Part shown: positions 24,286-37,724 of the stretch, one piece after another
How the letters are laid out: each line of letters opens with the position of its first letter
Position numbering within the stretch: position 1 is the first letter of the stretch
Assembly: GCF_001194135.2 (NCBI RefSeq)
Contig: NC_068981.1
Span: 121,486,567 to 121,550,566, forward strand
Reading direction: 5' to 3'
DNA length: 64,000 bases
DNA from: Octopus bimaculoides
Lineage: Eukaryota
Position numbers and translations under genes: made by a program
The notes under the pieces: generated by a model
Database searches by the model: none
The model's input: only the letters and a program-made list of their open reading frames with translations
What the model was told of the DNA's origin: nothing

Positions 24286-25525
24286 TATCCGGCCGAGGGT
24301 ATTCAATTACACGATCCGTCTGAAAATCATAGTCCCAGAGTATCATTACTTTTCCATCCTCCAGCATAACTTTACTTGGTACATGCTCATACCAGTTCTC
24401 TGTTACTCCATATTGGTATTTACAGCATAAGAGCCAATGAAGACACACACACACACACTTTATCGTGGCGGCGTTTGTATTCTTTTTGTGCAACGATCTC
24501 ACACCCACTCACCAAGTAGGTCACATTTTCCACACTCTTTCAACAGAGTATATATTTCTGGGTGTCAGAAGTTTTATAGATGTTATACTTCACTGAATTG
24601 GTAGCGACAGCCTGATCTTGCGCAGCAATGATCAGGCTTTCGGTGGTATGCTTCAAACCACCTGGCTCAAACCATACCTTCGATGCTGTATTATCCTCAA
24701 CGTCTTGGGTATTCCTTTCAAACTGCATTTACACCCATATCTTTCGTGGTATATTGCAGCAGGTTTCATCACTATTTATCAAATACTCAGCAAGCGTTCT
24801 CCTTTTCACTCTTTATACAATGGTCTATACTAATTTGTCCTCTGCCACGATTCTTTCTTTTCACATACAGTCTGTTTACGTTTGCTTTAGACTGTAGCGC
24901 CCCATGCAGCGTCATCAACTTTCTCGTCCTTCTATCTGGTATTGATATTTCATGTTTAGTCCGTTTGCGAATGGACGCACTATATCTGACCACCGCAACT
25001 GCCCAGATATTCATTGCGGTATTCAAATTTTTGGCATTCAGGTTGGATTTCAACACCATCTTCACCCTTTTTTGATACAACTCGATGACCTTGACTTTTA
25101 TTTCTCTGTGTAGAATTTCATGCAGCTCCAAAATCCCTACATATCTATGCCCACTACCGTGGGGTTCGCCCATGGTCTCACCTGATGGTAACCACAATCT
25201 TCTGCAAGCTGGTTTCCTCCCTCTTTTCATATTAAGTACTGAGTGTTTGTTGATCCCAAATTCCATACCTATGTCCCTTTCACAATTCTGGACTGTCTTA
25301 GTTAAAGAATCTATCTGATTTTCAGATTTCCCAAACAAATTCAGATCATCTATAAACAGAAGATGGTTCAATGATGGACCATTCTTCCCACATAGGTAAC
25401 CCATCTTAACTTTCTTAACTGTAATCCATCTGGACTTTCCTAAGTGTCAGTGTTATGGGCATTGGTACAGTTACAAAAAGTAATGGTGAAAACGAGTCAC
25501 CTTGGAAGATTTCCCTTATAATATC
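24286..25525 (-). mobile_element. R4/Dong-like RLE LINE fragment (RT 3' half, zinc knuckle, start of RLE)
   Basis: IFQGDSFSPLLF, LNHLLFIDDL, YVGILE, AVVRYSA, RLYVKRKNRGRG, ESLIIAAQDQA, WYEHVP, ILWDYDFQTDR..RPD; several stops and frameshifts. Confidence 0.92.
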
Positions 25526-25624
25526 AACTTCTCCAAGGAATACATTACTTGAGTAATTAACTTCTCCAAGGAATACATTACTTGAGGAATTAATTTCTCC
25601 AAGGAATACATTACTTGAGTAATT
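25526..25624. repeat. 33-bp tandem triplication at the LINE 5' truncation point
   Basis: aacttctccaaggaatacattacttgagtaatt x3, followed by (TTA)n/(TCA)n. Confidence 0.9.
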
Positions 25625-25643
25625 ATTATTATCATCATCATCA

Positions 25644-25706
<63 letters not shown>

Positions 25707-27176
25707 GTTCCCCCGGTATCATTATACATCAGCATAAGTTAATATATGTTTGTGTTTCTGTGGGTTTATCACTTTGAATGTGTATGTGTACACATATTTT
25801 TGCAGGTAGATCTAATTACTCTCACTGTATCAATCCTTATATAAACTTTAAGATTAATCGTATTCTAATTATAGAAAGATATCCTAGATCTCATTCCTTA
25901 CATTCAGGCTTTCTGTGTATAACTGCTTTTCTGTGTAGAAATCCAATTTATTTTCCAAAATATATGCAACTGCTTTTCGCAAATAAATTCCATCTCATAT
26001 TTGACGCTTCGATGCTATGAGTTCACTGTATTTATATACCAGAGACAGCTGTAGGTTAATGAAGTTTGTAACAGAATTGAATTTACCTTGTCCTCTCATT
26101 TTCATATTAATGTTCTATACTCGACTAACGTTTCATTCTGAAGCATCGTATGTTGAGTTCTACACCAGATTATCACTATCGCAATACCGACGTGTAAAAA
26201 TAACTAAGATTGTTTAGAAAATGATTAAAACACAATAAGGTGTTATAAAGAAATTATTTCAAGTTTAAAAACACATCGGAGTTGAAATCGTTTAGTTTTC
26301 TTGTTTTTTTTTTTCTTTTTTTTCCTTTCAGGCTAAAATTTTTACTCTCGTAATATATTCACAGTTGATGCTCCGGAAGCAGCAGAAAATCCATACGTTC
26401 ACGTAAATCTTTCAGTAGTTGGAAACGTACTCCTACCGGAGTGTGACAGACTCCGGACATAACCATGGCATACTTGAATTTGAAACTAACAACTGACATT
26501 GAATAATTTGTCATATTTCTATTTCACCTCGATGATAAAATATTTATAACGTCGTATTTTTAAATTTTAGCTGACAACAAACATACGCGCATATGTGTAT
26601 GTGTGTGCATACTTGTGTTATTTAAGGAGACAGGGCGGACAACGAAATATGAACGAAGCGAGCATTTTGGTATGTCGCCAGGAAACGAAAATAATTCTAA
26701 GCAAAGTCAGAAAATTAGATTCAAATTGCTTTAAAGTAATATAAAATTGCAATTTTCAAAAACTGAGCTACTCTTCTTGGGAAAATTAATGCACAAGGTC
26801 TGCTAACTAAATTTTAGTTCCATGTGATCCACTAAGAATGCAAAATGATACATTAAGATAATTCATTCCGTAATTGTTAAAATAAATGGAAAGTGTGATA
26901 TCTTCCAACATATCAAATAATGTAAATATAGAATATTCACATCAGTTTAAACTTGTGGAACATCATGATACTAAGCGAAAAGTTTGTTCCTTCACTAAGA
27001 ATCTGGTACAACAGAGTCTCTTTTAGACACTACCAATAATAGTACTGTGGCCGTGGTTTTGGTGATAGTGGTAGTAGAAGTAGTTCTTTGTTTCATAGTA
27101 ACACCAGCAGTAGTCATAATAGTTGCAGTGATTGTAGCAGCAGCACTAGCAGCCGTAGCAGCAACAACACTAGTAT

Positions 27177-27226
<50 letters not shown>

Positions 27227-27232
27227 TGTATG

Positions 27233-27272
<40 letters not shown>

Positions 27273-27979
27273 TATATCTAAAGTTTTAAATTTAAAAGAG
27301 AGTTTTGACGCTAATATCCATTATTATTGAAATGTATTCCTATGTCAACATTTCTGTATAAGGCTATATTTGACTGTCAAATTTAAGTCAAACATAATTT
27401 GCCTTACACGTCTTCAGGGATATAAATAAATTTAAGANNNNNNNNNNNNNNNNNNNNNNNNNNNNNNNNNNNNNNNNNNNNNNNNNNNNNNNNNNNNNNN
27501 NNNNNNNNNNNNNNNNNNNNNNNNNNNNNNNNNNNNNNNNNNNNNNNNNNNNNNNNNNNNNNNNNNNNNNNNNNNNNNNNNNNNNNNNNNNNNNNNNNNN
27601 NNNNNNNNNNNNNNNNNNNNNNNNNNNNNNNNNNNNNNNNNNNNNNNNNNNNNNNNNNNNNNNNNNNNNNNNNNNNNNNNNNNNNNNNNNNNNNNNNNNN
27701 NNNNNNNNNNNNNNNNNNNNNNNNNNNNNNNNNNNNNNNNNNNNNNNNNNNNNNNNNNNNNNNNNNNNNNNNNNNNNNNNNNNNNNNNNNNNNNNNNNNN
27801 NNNNNNNNNNNNNNNNNNNNNNNNNNNNNNNNNNNNNNNNNNNNNNNNNNNNNNNNNNNNNNNNNNNNNNNNNNNNNNNNNNNNNNNNNNNNNNNNNNNN
27901 NNNNNNNNNNNNNNNNNNNNNNNNNNNNNNNNNNNNNNNNNNNNNNNNNNNNNNNNNNNNNNNNNNNNNNNNNNNNNNN

Positions 27980-28011
<32 letters not shown>

Positions 28012-28334
28012 TCTGTTACAGTCTGTCATACCGGCCATGATGAAATACCACAAGGTATAGAAAATACGTATTTGCCTTTATATATTTATATATTTAATCC
28101 TTTATATTGAACACTCAGTATTTCACATATTCAATAAGACATTCAATACTTCATTTCATTGTGCCATCCATCTTTTTTTATATTATATATTATATATTCC
28201 ATATTCTATATCCCACATAAATTTTACAAGAATATAAATAAAAAACATAAAAAATAGACAGAGTTGGAACTCTTTTAAATAAAATAATATATATATATAT
28301 ATGTATGTATGTATGTATGTATATACATTACATG

Positions 28335-28445
28335 GGGCTATTTATGGAGTGCTCAGCCACTTGCACGTTAATTTCACGAGCAAGCTATTCCGTTGATCGG
28401 ATCAACTGAAACCCTCGACATCGTAAGCGACGGAGTGTCAACGAA
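28335..28445 (+). mobile_element. SINE 3' tail (family D-like)
   Basis: tggagtgctcagccacttgcacgttaatttcacgagcaagctattccgttgatcggatcaactgaaaccctcg; recalled as a common octopus SINE tail, not verified by search. Confidence 0.55.
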
Positions 28446-30144
28446 TAAACTTCGGAATAAACTTGTTTGTCAGAATTTGCTATGCGCACGCATATGTATA
28501 TACATATGCGCGTATATACATACATCTGTACAGCACATGTCCAATACAGCCCTTAAAAGATAAACAGGATTTTTACATTCCTGAAATGTAAATAAATCTA
28601 TGTCACTAGGATTTTAATTTTACTTCCTAAATTATTACCTGTTTTCCATCCCCAGTAAGTACCCTTCATGCTTTAGGGAATACATTACCCACTCGAAAAT
28701 CTATACTGCTTCCTCAAAACATACGTGCTTATAGAAAGGATTTTTTTTATGCTGGCCCAAAACAAATTGTCACTTTACTTATCGTTTAAACTAAATCGAC
28801 TGATAAAAAGAATACAACTTAAATCCTAAACCCCAATCTATACGTAACGTTCACTTACATCGTTGTCGGCAATGCGACAAAAGAACCTGTTACTTCATCG
28901 TACAACTAATTATAAACTGAAAGTATATGATAAACAAAAGCAACATAGCGACTAATTATGGAATAGTATATCTCATTAGTAATGTAATTAATATAGTTAA
29001 TTATAATTATAAGATAATTCATTTTAATAATTAAAGTAATAGACTTAAATGCGATTTTATGACCAACTGTTTTAGTTAGAGAACTGGCATTAAGCAAAAA
29101 CCATACCTTACACCACTTTCAATATAAAATATAAACTTAAAACGTTCCTTTAATTAAATTCACTACATATTTCTAAAATTCAAATAACCCACTCTAAATT
29201 AACACAACTCCGCCACACTCACAACTATATCCTATTCGCTAAGAGGTCAGTTTATTAATTATTTAATTACTGATTGTAAACAAGTGTGCACCCCAAAATG
29301 CATTATCGATTTCAGCGAAAATATGACCGATAACCCCAATTACAAACATACACGTTTACTATACTTAGCATTTGTTGACTTCCTCTGCATAACTCTTATT
29401 CAACTTCGTTGTTTACTACGTTCAATTAAAGATTCTCAATTGCCAGTAACATACTTGCCCAATTATTTAGATTTCCATTACACCTAACACTTATCAATGA
29501 TATAATACTCGTTTCTGTTGGAAAATATGAATATCAGTGAAACTTTAATATCACTGTCAACATTACAATGATGACACGTTGCATCTGCATTATTTGTCTC
29601 AAATCAAGAAGAGAAAGAAGAGTTTTCAGAGATGAAGAGTTCGTCCAAAATATGTGCAATGCGACAGAGCTCTATCAGTTAATAAAAAAGTTAAGTCTAC
29701 ATGTGCGTTCCTTTCAAAGACACTTGCATAGACATTTCACCAGTAACCAATATTTTTTGTTGTCAAGCATAATATAGACGTAATTATAGAGTAATTATTT
29801 AAATGTTTCTGTTTTCATAAAGAAAATGTTATAATGAAATGGTGTTTAGGGCAATTATTTTGTATTACTGAATGTCTAACAAAAATCACTCGTTAACTTG
29901 AACATATTGAGTATTATATTAAGAACGATATGAAACTATAAGGACAAGAATATTATTCATCGGAATTTTGAGATATGGAATGAGAGGATGCAATGCAACA
30001 CTAGAAATATTTTGTAGTTTCTGACAAGTCAACGTCCTGAAATATAATTCTAGAAATGAATACACAAATAAAAACATAGATTAAGATTTACCATTACGGT
30101 TAGGATTTTAATTTATTATCGATTATTGTTGGATAATTATTTAA

Positions 30145-33123
30145 TAGGGTGAAGTGAAAGTAAAATAGTGAGAAAATTGAAAATGCCTGAGGTCTAAAAG
30201 ATTGCTATATTTCATTACTAGAAAAATGTTAAATTTTTGCTGAGATCAGTCAAGGATGTTTACTTCCTCAATCCCCCTAAACTCCGAAAATGGGGGATGA
30301 TTGTAAATGTTTTACAATAGCGCTAAAACTATGGAATTTATGTCAATACTCACTGTATTCAGGATTGCGAAAAAGAATGATGAAGTTTGCATGAAAATCC
30401 GTTTATTTGTTCGGAAGTCATGTACTTCTTTATTAATGAATGTTTGTGGTTTTAAATTTAAAACTTCTTTTTAATATCATATTTTTTAGTATCATATTTT
30501 GTTAACGAATAAAGCCGTCCCTGTTGGCCTCTCCACAATCTACAAGTGAAGCTTCACTAACCAAACTTACTGCTCTTTCGAAATTTGAGAGTGGCAAGGG
30601 AACTTTTCAAACTCTATTTTAGTAATACCTTGATATTCCAGAAGACAATGTAGAGTTTCATTTTCGATGAGTCTTAGTAAAGGCGGGCCAGATGTTTGGC
30701 ATTTTCCCCATGATATGCGCTGGGTATACTGTCTGGCCGAAAAATTTATTTCCAGGATTTTAAATTTTCTGATGTGGCGTTCATGTTGTTTTGAGTGTCG
30801 AAACTAAAGGATCCATCTTACTGCGAGTCCACGGATGTGATATCGATCATCACAGAACATGCTCAGAAGAATGTTCTTTGGGTGAGCGAGGGAGTCATTT
30901 ATTTGGATGATATAATCGATAATCCTTTCATATTAATTTGGAAGATGTCTTGGAAACTTAATCATTTGAAATAAATGCAGGGATCCAAAGCTGCATGATG
31001 GTGTGCCTTTAATTTGAAACCAAACTGGAGTGTACACTCACATCACAAATGTTGCCAAAGTTACAAGCCTATCAGAAGGACAAATTTTAGGAACATATAA
31101 TGAAAGGATTCCATTGGCGGTTGTTAGCCATCTGGAGTGAGAGACTGGTCCAGGCTTTCTGTGAGCCAGGGCGTCATTTATTATACCAGAGCTTACTCTC
31201 ACAAAAAGCATAAGTAATAGCTTTTGGTCTTTGCTCAAGTCTACATTTTGGCTTTGTGACACAAACTGACACTTAATAGGAACAAATCTAACACCACGAT
31301 GATTTTCACACTCTTTGATTCCCTTTCCAGTCTTTCCAGAGTAGCTCGATGGTCCTGATGTTGACCCGCAATCCGTCAATGAATATGAATAAACGTCTCA
31401 ACAATAAAGCATTTGTGTGAAGGAAACATATTAACTATTTGAATGGACGTTCAATACTTTCTTCTAGCGATCGAATGACACCATTATGGATTCCAACATT
31501 TACATTCGTCCCATCGCAGCCAACCACAGGTAAATCATCCAAAGCAGCATCTTTTTCAGCAAAGAATGATAATATCGTTGATGCAACGAAAGCTGATGAC
31601 TGAGCAGAACCAAGAGTAATATAACCAATATAGAAAGAATTGTGTTCTTCAATCAAAACAATGTGTTCTTCAGAACCGATCTGAAGATAGAATCTGGTTC
31701 CCTCTTTTTACTTGAACCCTTGTTTGGTCTTTTCTTCCATCAAAGTAGAGTGCTTGTAAGTTTTGAATATCACTTTCGCTTGCAAGAATACTTCTGCATT
31801 TGGTTCTTTCTCTTCTTCCTTCTTATTTTAGAACACTCTATTACGTGATCATGATCTACTTTAGTTACTACGTTTAAATCTGTGAGTAGGGCAGAAGCAT
31901 TAGCTGCAGCAGATCAGTCTGCCAGACCATATCTATCATATTCTTGTGCAGATGTTGGTAAATTAATTCTCATTTGTCTATTTACTTTTCTTTCATTTCT
32001 GTCTTCACGGTAGACATCCTTTTTGGAGAAACATTTCCCCTTTTCTCGCGCAGCACTATTCATTTCCATTTCTTTTTTATGCATTTTTCTAATCGCTTTC
32101 CCTTCCCAATACTTCGTATTGCACGCTAGTCTACTCCACCAGTAAACATATTCCTCTGAGTCCTTTGATCAGCTAAAAGTTCTCTTTCTTCAACGGGCAC
32201 TTTCTTACCTCTGCTACAAACACACTCACTAAATAATTCGCATTTGCAGCAGGCTTTATCCAGTAAGTTTCCACAAAGTAGCTAAATTTGGACATTCTTT
32301 TAACGTAACAATCACTGCAAATTCGACCAAGATTTTTCTATAGATTGCAATATTTCTCATACCACGATTTAATTATTGACTTTATACGTTGAAAAGATAC
32401 GCAAGAAATGGTTGTTCTATTCCATATCTCAAAAAGAGAGGTTGCTACTCTTGAGGATATATCAACTACAGCTCGATTTGGAAGTTTCTCATAAGATTTT
32501 ATGTACATGAAATTACTTAAAATATCGTTCATTATTGGAGGTGGTCCCTAAAATAGGACACTTGTAAGAAGATCTTGTCATTATGTTAGTAGCCATTACA
32601 CGTAAGTATTTAACAACGAAAACAAAAACGTTTCCAGGAACACGATAACAGTTTTCCGTATAACTAAGAAAAGGAAACTGATTGAGCAGTAACAAAATGT
32701 TATGAAACGAAACGAGTGGCAACAAGTTTCAGCAAGAAGTGATCTCTCCCATGATTTAAAAGTGTGAGAGACGTTCAGTCAAAACAAATTAAAACATTTT
32801 TCTGCAAGCGGGTTTCAATATTCTGCAGATTCATCCACGTAGTACAGCGTATTTTGTATTACACATCATCATTCTTTTTTCTCATTGAATAATAGACAAT
32901 TCTGAATAGGGTGAGTATTGACATAAATTTCATAGTTTTAGTGCTATTGTCAAAAAATTTACAAAAATCCCCCATTTTCGGAGTATGGGGGAATTTGGTG
33001 GAGTAAATGCTCTTGAATGATCTTAGCGAAAATTTAGCGTTTTTCTAGTAATATAATATAAAGCAAGATTTTAAGCCTCAGGCATTTGCAATTTCTACAA
33101 TTGTTTATTTTCACTCTACCCAA
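30145..33123 (-). mobile_element. hAT-superfamily DNA transposon with about 225-bp TIRs and 8-bp TSD
   Basis: TIRs about 30145-30370 and 32900-33123 (TAGGGTG... / ...TACCCAA); flanks TTATTTAA (30137-44) and TTACATAA (33124-31), 6/8 match. Confidence 0.85.
30540..32581 (-). pseudogene. Decayed hAT-type transposase
   Basis: ATG at 32581 (MTRSSYKCPILG), VGCDGTNVNVG..GVIRSLE, DLSKDQK, PGPVSHSRWLTTAN, AHPKNILL, FPCHSQ; many stops and frameshifts. Confidence 0.8.
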
Positions 33124-33659
33124 TTACATAAGGTAAGGAATTCTCCTATATGTTCATCAATCTAAAATCAATTACTCCTGTAAAAGTTTCGAATAATCAT
33201 ATATTTGCATAAGAAGCTAATGATACTGAAAATACAAACCAAGATCATATTGTATCATCTTAAAAATAGAAGGATATATTAAATTACACAGTCTTAGAAG
33301 AGATATTTCTGGAGAAAGTTGGAATGAGCAGATATGGATTGTAATTTTACTGTAACTCTACAGAATTAAAGATTACCTGAATCTCAACAAGGAAAGTAGT
33401 TCTAGCCCAAGGTGGGGAACAATGGAGTGTTTAATGCGATTTGTACTGCGAGAGGTATGAATACGCCCTCGGAATCCCCACCACACAAGGTGACAAAATC
33501 TTATGGCTTGGGAGAGCTGTATTGATCGGATCATGGAAGTATGGTGTATTTCATGGAGTGAATAGAAGTACATAACGAAATTTACAAAAGATCAACTCAA
33601 AAACCGCTAATAAGGTTGATATGATAGCGAATATTATACTCTATTCAAGCTCATCAATA

Positions 33660-33915
33660 CTAGTATGTATGTTTGAAACCACTTTGCCACATGAAAGCAT
33701 AACATTTACAAGACTCAGAAGTACGTTACATTAGCCAACAGCTGGAAAAAAATTGGCCTTCAATTCAAATTCGTCCACGTGAAAGTGGTGCATTTCTAGC
33801 ATCTTTGCTGTGATCTCATGAAAGGACTCTCGGTTTACAGAAATGGTCGAGAACCCTAAACAAAATGATAGAAGCAGCCACAAAGATTTGGAACTGGATC
33901 TGATGAAGAAGGAAT
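33660..33915 (+). mobile_element. 3' end of an R2/HERO-like RLE LINE
   Basis: QLEKNWPSIQIRPRESGAFLASLL..TLGL..NKMIEAATKIWNWI resembles the C-terminal PVEVGxRGF..EAA..A..WIW pattern. Confidence 0.45.
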
Positions 33916-34730
33916 AAAAATAACCTTCAGAATCCATCATTTTGAAAGGCTGTCTCAATGCGATGTTGTTACACCATGGAAGGTATCTTGATTTGATGCG
34001 TCTTACTATCCTACAAATTGCGGTGTTGGACCCAAACAGGAGCACAAAGTGTGGCAGCAGAGGAGTATACATGATTCATAACTTGGCTGCGACCAGGCAC
34101 TTTTATAATGTAAGGGATCAGTTGACATTCTTAACTGATTTATGGTAGGTTAACATTATACTCATCACAAGAGACATTTACTACGGCTGGTTCTAACTTT
34201 ATCATATCCCCTTCCCTCTACTTATCTCTATTGATGTTCTATCCTCATTTGTTTCTTCTTATGATCTAGAAGCTGTCCTTCCTACTTTTTTCTCACCTCG
34301 TATCTCTTTCTCCCTCCTCTCTCCCTTTAGCCTGTTATTTTTGCTCGCATAAACTACCTTTGCCAACATTCCCTTGATGAGGAACCTCGAACTTATTGTA
34401 ATATATTCATGTGACGTGCAACTGGTTACATGCACATGACTTTTCTCACGTGCAATCAGCAATTTATGATTATGATTATTTCGTAACTCCGGGCTTCCTG
34501 AAACCGCTGTCGAATAATGAAATTACGTATTTTCTTATTCATTATTTTTTGTATTGCTGTGCTCCATACAAATATATTCATATAAAACTTAACTCCATAT
34601 TAGGATCAGGACAATTTGCATTGCTCTTAAAGCAACTCTTGCCGGAGCGGGTGTCGATCATTTTGATCTACGTGTTTTTTATTCTTAGCATACCCAGGTT
34701 TCATCTATTGTTAACATAGATATACACATA

Positions 34731-34769
<39 letters not shown>

Positions 34770-34780
34770 NNNNNNNNNNG

Positions 34781-34985
34781 TCATATTGCCAGTTTAGCCA
34801 ATAAAAACACACGCACTGTATATTTGGTGTTAATTTGCTTCAGCTTTATATTACATTAATCTTAATCTTATTTCGGCCAGAGTTCTTTCGTCAAACTTCT
34901 GTGACCTCATCAGTGGTCCTTTGTTTCCTTCTTTCTTATGTGTGTCTCACCTTGCTAACTATCAGCCATTTTGTATTTTGTATTC
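34781..34985 (-). repeat. HHR-bearing repeat copy R1
   Basis: Direct repeat of 35865-36062; inverted relative to 36194-36360. Confidence 0.85.
34875..34919 (-). ncRNA. Minimal type I hammerhead ribozyme, near-intact
   Basis: GGACCA-CUGAUGA-G-GUCA CAGAAGUU UGAC-GAAA-GAAC-UC-UGGCC; stem I 5 bp with a bulged A, CUC triplet, predicted cleavage between 34880 and 34879. Confidence 0.62.
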
Positions 34986-35054
34986 CTATTGTATGTGTCT
35001 ACGCATTGTATGTGTCTACATATATATATATACATATATATATATATATGTATG

Positions 35055-35119
<65 letters not shown>

Positions 35120-35864
35120 ATATTCACACGCACGAACGTAAACACACTCTCCTGTATGTCTGTATGCGTGTTTGTGTGCATGTGTATGGGTGCCGTGTGT
35201 GTATATGAAATGAAACTGTGACCGAGAAAATTAGAGAGGATTATAAGTGTACTAGTTAGAAGTTTATTGAAGTGCACTAGAGCCGTAAAAGATGCACAAA
35301 GTTGCAATGCATGCATAATTATAAAATATTGTGACGTGAATCATATACTTGTATTGATACTTCTGAAAAATAATATCGAAATAAGGCTTGCGTATTTTCT
35401 TCACACTTAAACGAAAAGTATATGAAGCCATAATTTAACTGCAGTTAGGGAAAAAAAATAGTGAAACATCAGCTACTAGAGTGAGACAATCTTTCCACAC
35501 TAATTGTAGCGCAATTCATTTTATACTTCCTTATCCAAAGGCAATACGTAAAGACAACAGTGTGTAACAACCGCATCTGTCTGGAATGCGCATGCACCGA
35601 AAGGAAACTTGGCGTTGAAAATTTAACTACTAACGAGCAAAAATCACGTGAATTCGAACTTAAAATAATTGCCTTCCTCTTGGCACTAAAATTAAATGAA
35701 ATGGATACACTGAAAATTGTGTTAGCTTTTGTCAAATCTATTCTTTTTTCTTCTTCTACTGGCCTATTAAAATATACTGTAGATGCGCAAGGTACAGGAA
35801 CTTAGGAAACGTTACCTCTTAAATATATGAGCAATATGACATTTTAAGTAAATTATATTAAAGT

Positions 35865-36105
35865 ATTGTTGCCAGCTTAGCCAATAAAAACACACGCACT
35901 ATATATTTGGTGTTCATTTGCTTCAGCTTTATTTTGTATTAATCGTATTTCGGTCAAAGATCTTTCCTCACACTTCTGTGACTTCATCAGTGGTCCTTTG
36001 CTTTTTTCTTTCTTTTTCGCGTCTTTCCATACTAATGATAAGCCATTTTGTACTTATCCTCTCTTATTTTCTTGGTCACAGTTTCATGTTATATACATAC
36101 TCTTG
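35865..36105 (-). repeat. HHR-bearing repeat copy R2 (HHR 35952-35996, partly decayed)
   Basis: GGACCA-CUGAUGA-A-GUCAC AGAAGU GUGAG-GAAA-GAUC-UU-UGACC; its 36050-36105 extension has an inverted copy at 35200-35258. Confidence 0.8.
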
Positions 36106-36193
36106 CACCCACACACATGCACACAAACACGCACACACACACATACACAAACACATGCGCGTTCATATGTACGAGGGTGTGCTGATAAGTTCC

Positions 36194-36360
36194 TGGCCGA
36201 AATACGATTAATATAAAATAAAGCTGAAGCAAGTGAACACCAAATATATAGTGCGTGTGTTTTTACTGACTAAACTAGCAATATGACCATCCTCAAATAC
36301 AACAATATCTGTTTCAACACACGAATTCACATCAAGAATCTTGCAAAATGAATATATATA
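36194..36360 (+). repeat. Inverted, 5'-truncated copy R4 of the same repeat
   Basis: Starts tggccgaaatacgatt, immediately after a mariner-type terminus tacgagggtgtgctgataagttcc (36170-36193); its distal part resembles 17190-17300. Confidence 0.75.
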
Positions 36361-36711
36361 TTAAAGTAATTTATATTGAAATATCAGCTGATAAATGCTT
36401 GAACTAATATCATATATCTTATAAGTAAACTTATAAATTTAACATCGAACGCATCATACTATAAGTGTATGCTGACTGTTTGAGGGTGCGATGCCATGTA
36501 TGTGATGTTCTCTAATGGTGATTTTATTATAGAATATCATGATTTTGGATTCATCCGAATTCATGAAACGAAACATAACATTACCATGTTTTATTTTCTT
36601 TACATACATACACAAGCGCGCGCACGCACACACATACACACACATACACACAGACAGACACACAGACAGACACACAGACACACACACACACGCACACATA
36701 CACACACACAT

Positions 36712-36742
<31 letters not shown>

Positions 36743-37724
36743 NNNNNNNNNNNNNNNNNNNNNNNNNNNNNNNNNNNNNNNNNNNNNNNNNNNNNNNNNN
36801 NNNNNNNNNNNNNNNNNNNNNNNNNNNNNNNNNNNNNNNNNNNNNNNNNNNNNNNNNNNNNNNNNNNNNNNNNNNNNNNNNNNNNNNNNNNNNNNNNNNN
36901 NNNNNNNNNNNNNNNNNNNNNNNNNNNNNNNNNNNNNNNNNNNNNNNNNNNNNNNNNNNNNNNNNNNNNNNNNNNNNNNNNNNNNNNNNNNNNNNNNNNN
37001 NNNNNNNNNNNNNNNNNNNNNNNNNNNNNNNNNNNNNNNNNNNNNNNNNNNNNNNNNNNNNNNNNNNNNNNNNNNNNNNNNNNNNNNNNNNNNNNNNNNN
37101 NNNNNNNNNNNNNNNNNNNNNNNNNNNNNNNNNNNNNNNNNNNNNNNNNNNNNNNNNNNNNNNNNNNNNNNNNNNNNNNNNNNNNNNNNNNNNNNNNNNN
37201 NNNNNNNNNNNNNNNNNNNNNNNNNNNNNNNNNNNNNNNNNNNNNNNNNNNNNNNNNNNNNNNNNNNNNNNNNNNNNNNNNNNNNNNNNNNNNNNNNNNN
37301 NNNNNNNNNNNNNNNNNNNNNNNNNNNNNNNNNNNNNNNNNNNNNNNNNNNNNNNNNNNNNNNNNNNNNNNNNNNNNNNNNNNNNNNNNNNNNNNNNNNN
37401 NNNNNNNNNNNNNNNNNNNNNNNNNNNNNNNNNNNNNNNNNNNNNNNNNNNNNNNNNNNNNNNNNNNNNNNNNNNNNNNNNNNNNNNNNNNNNNNNNNNN
37501 NNNNNNNNNNNNNNNNNNNNNNNNNNNNNNNNNNNNNNNNNNNNNNNNGAATATAAGTAATGGAGAAGAGAGAGGGGTGGAATGAAGAATTTAGGAATAT
37601 AGTTCAGGTTGGTTGGACAGGTTAGTGCTCAGTAGTAGAAGACGTATACAGATGCATATATTAAACATGCATGTATATATTTATACAGATATATATCTCA
37701 AATCACATCTCAAACACGCACCAA

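Noticed and set aside
26330-26500. Exon after the strong pyrimidine tract at 26300-26330
   Set aside because: Only weak donors, and the downstream sequence looks like an unclassified interspersed repeat.
33890-33935. Hammerhead at ctgatga (33900); similar seeds near 11150, 19058, 31594 and 41680
   Set aside because: No correctly placed GAAA-stem III-UH or no stem I pairing; several lie within transposon coding sequence.
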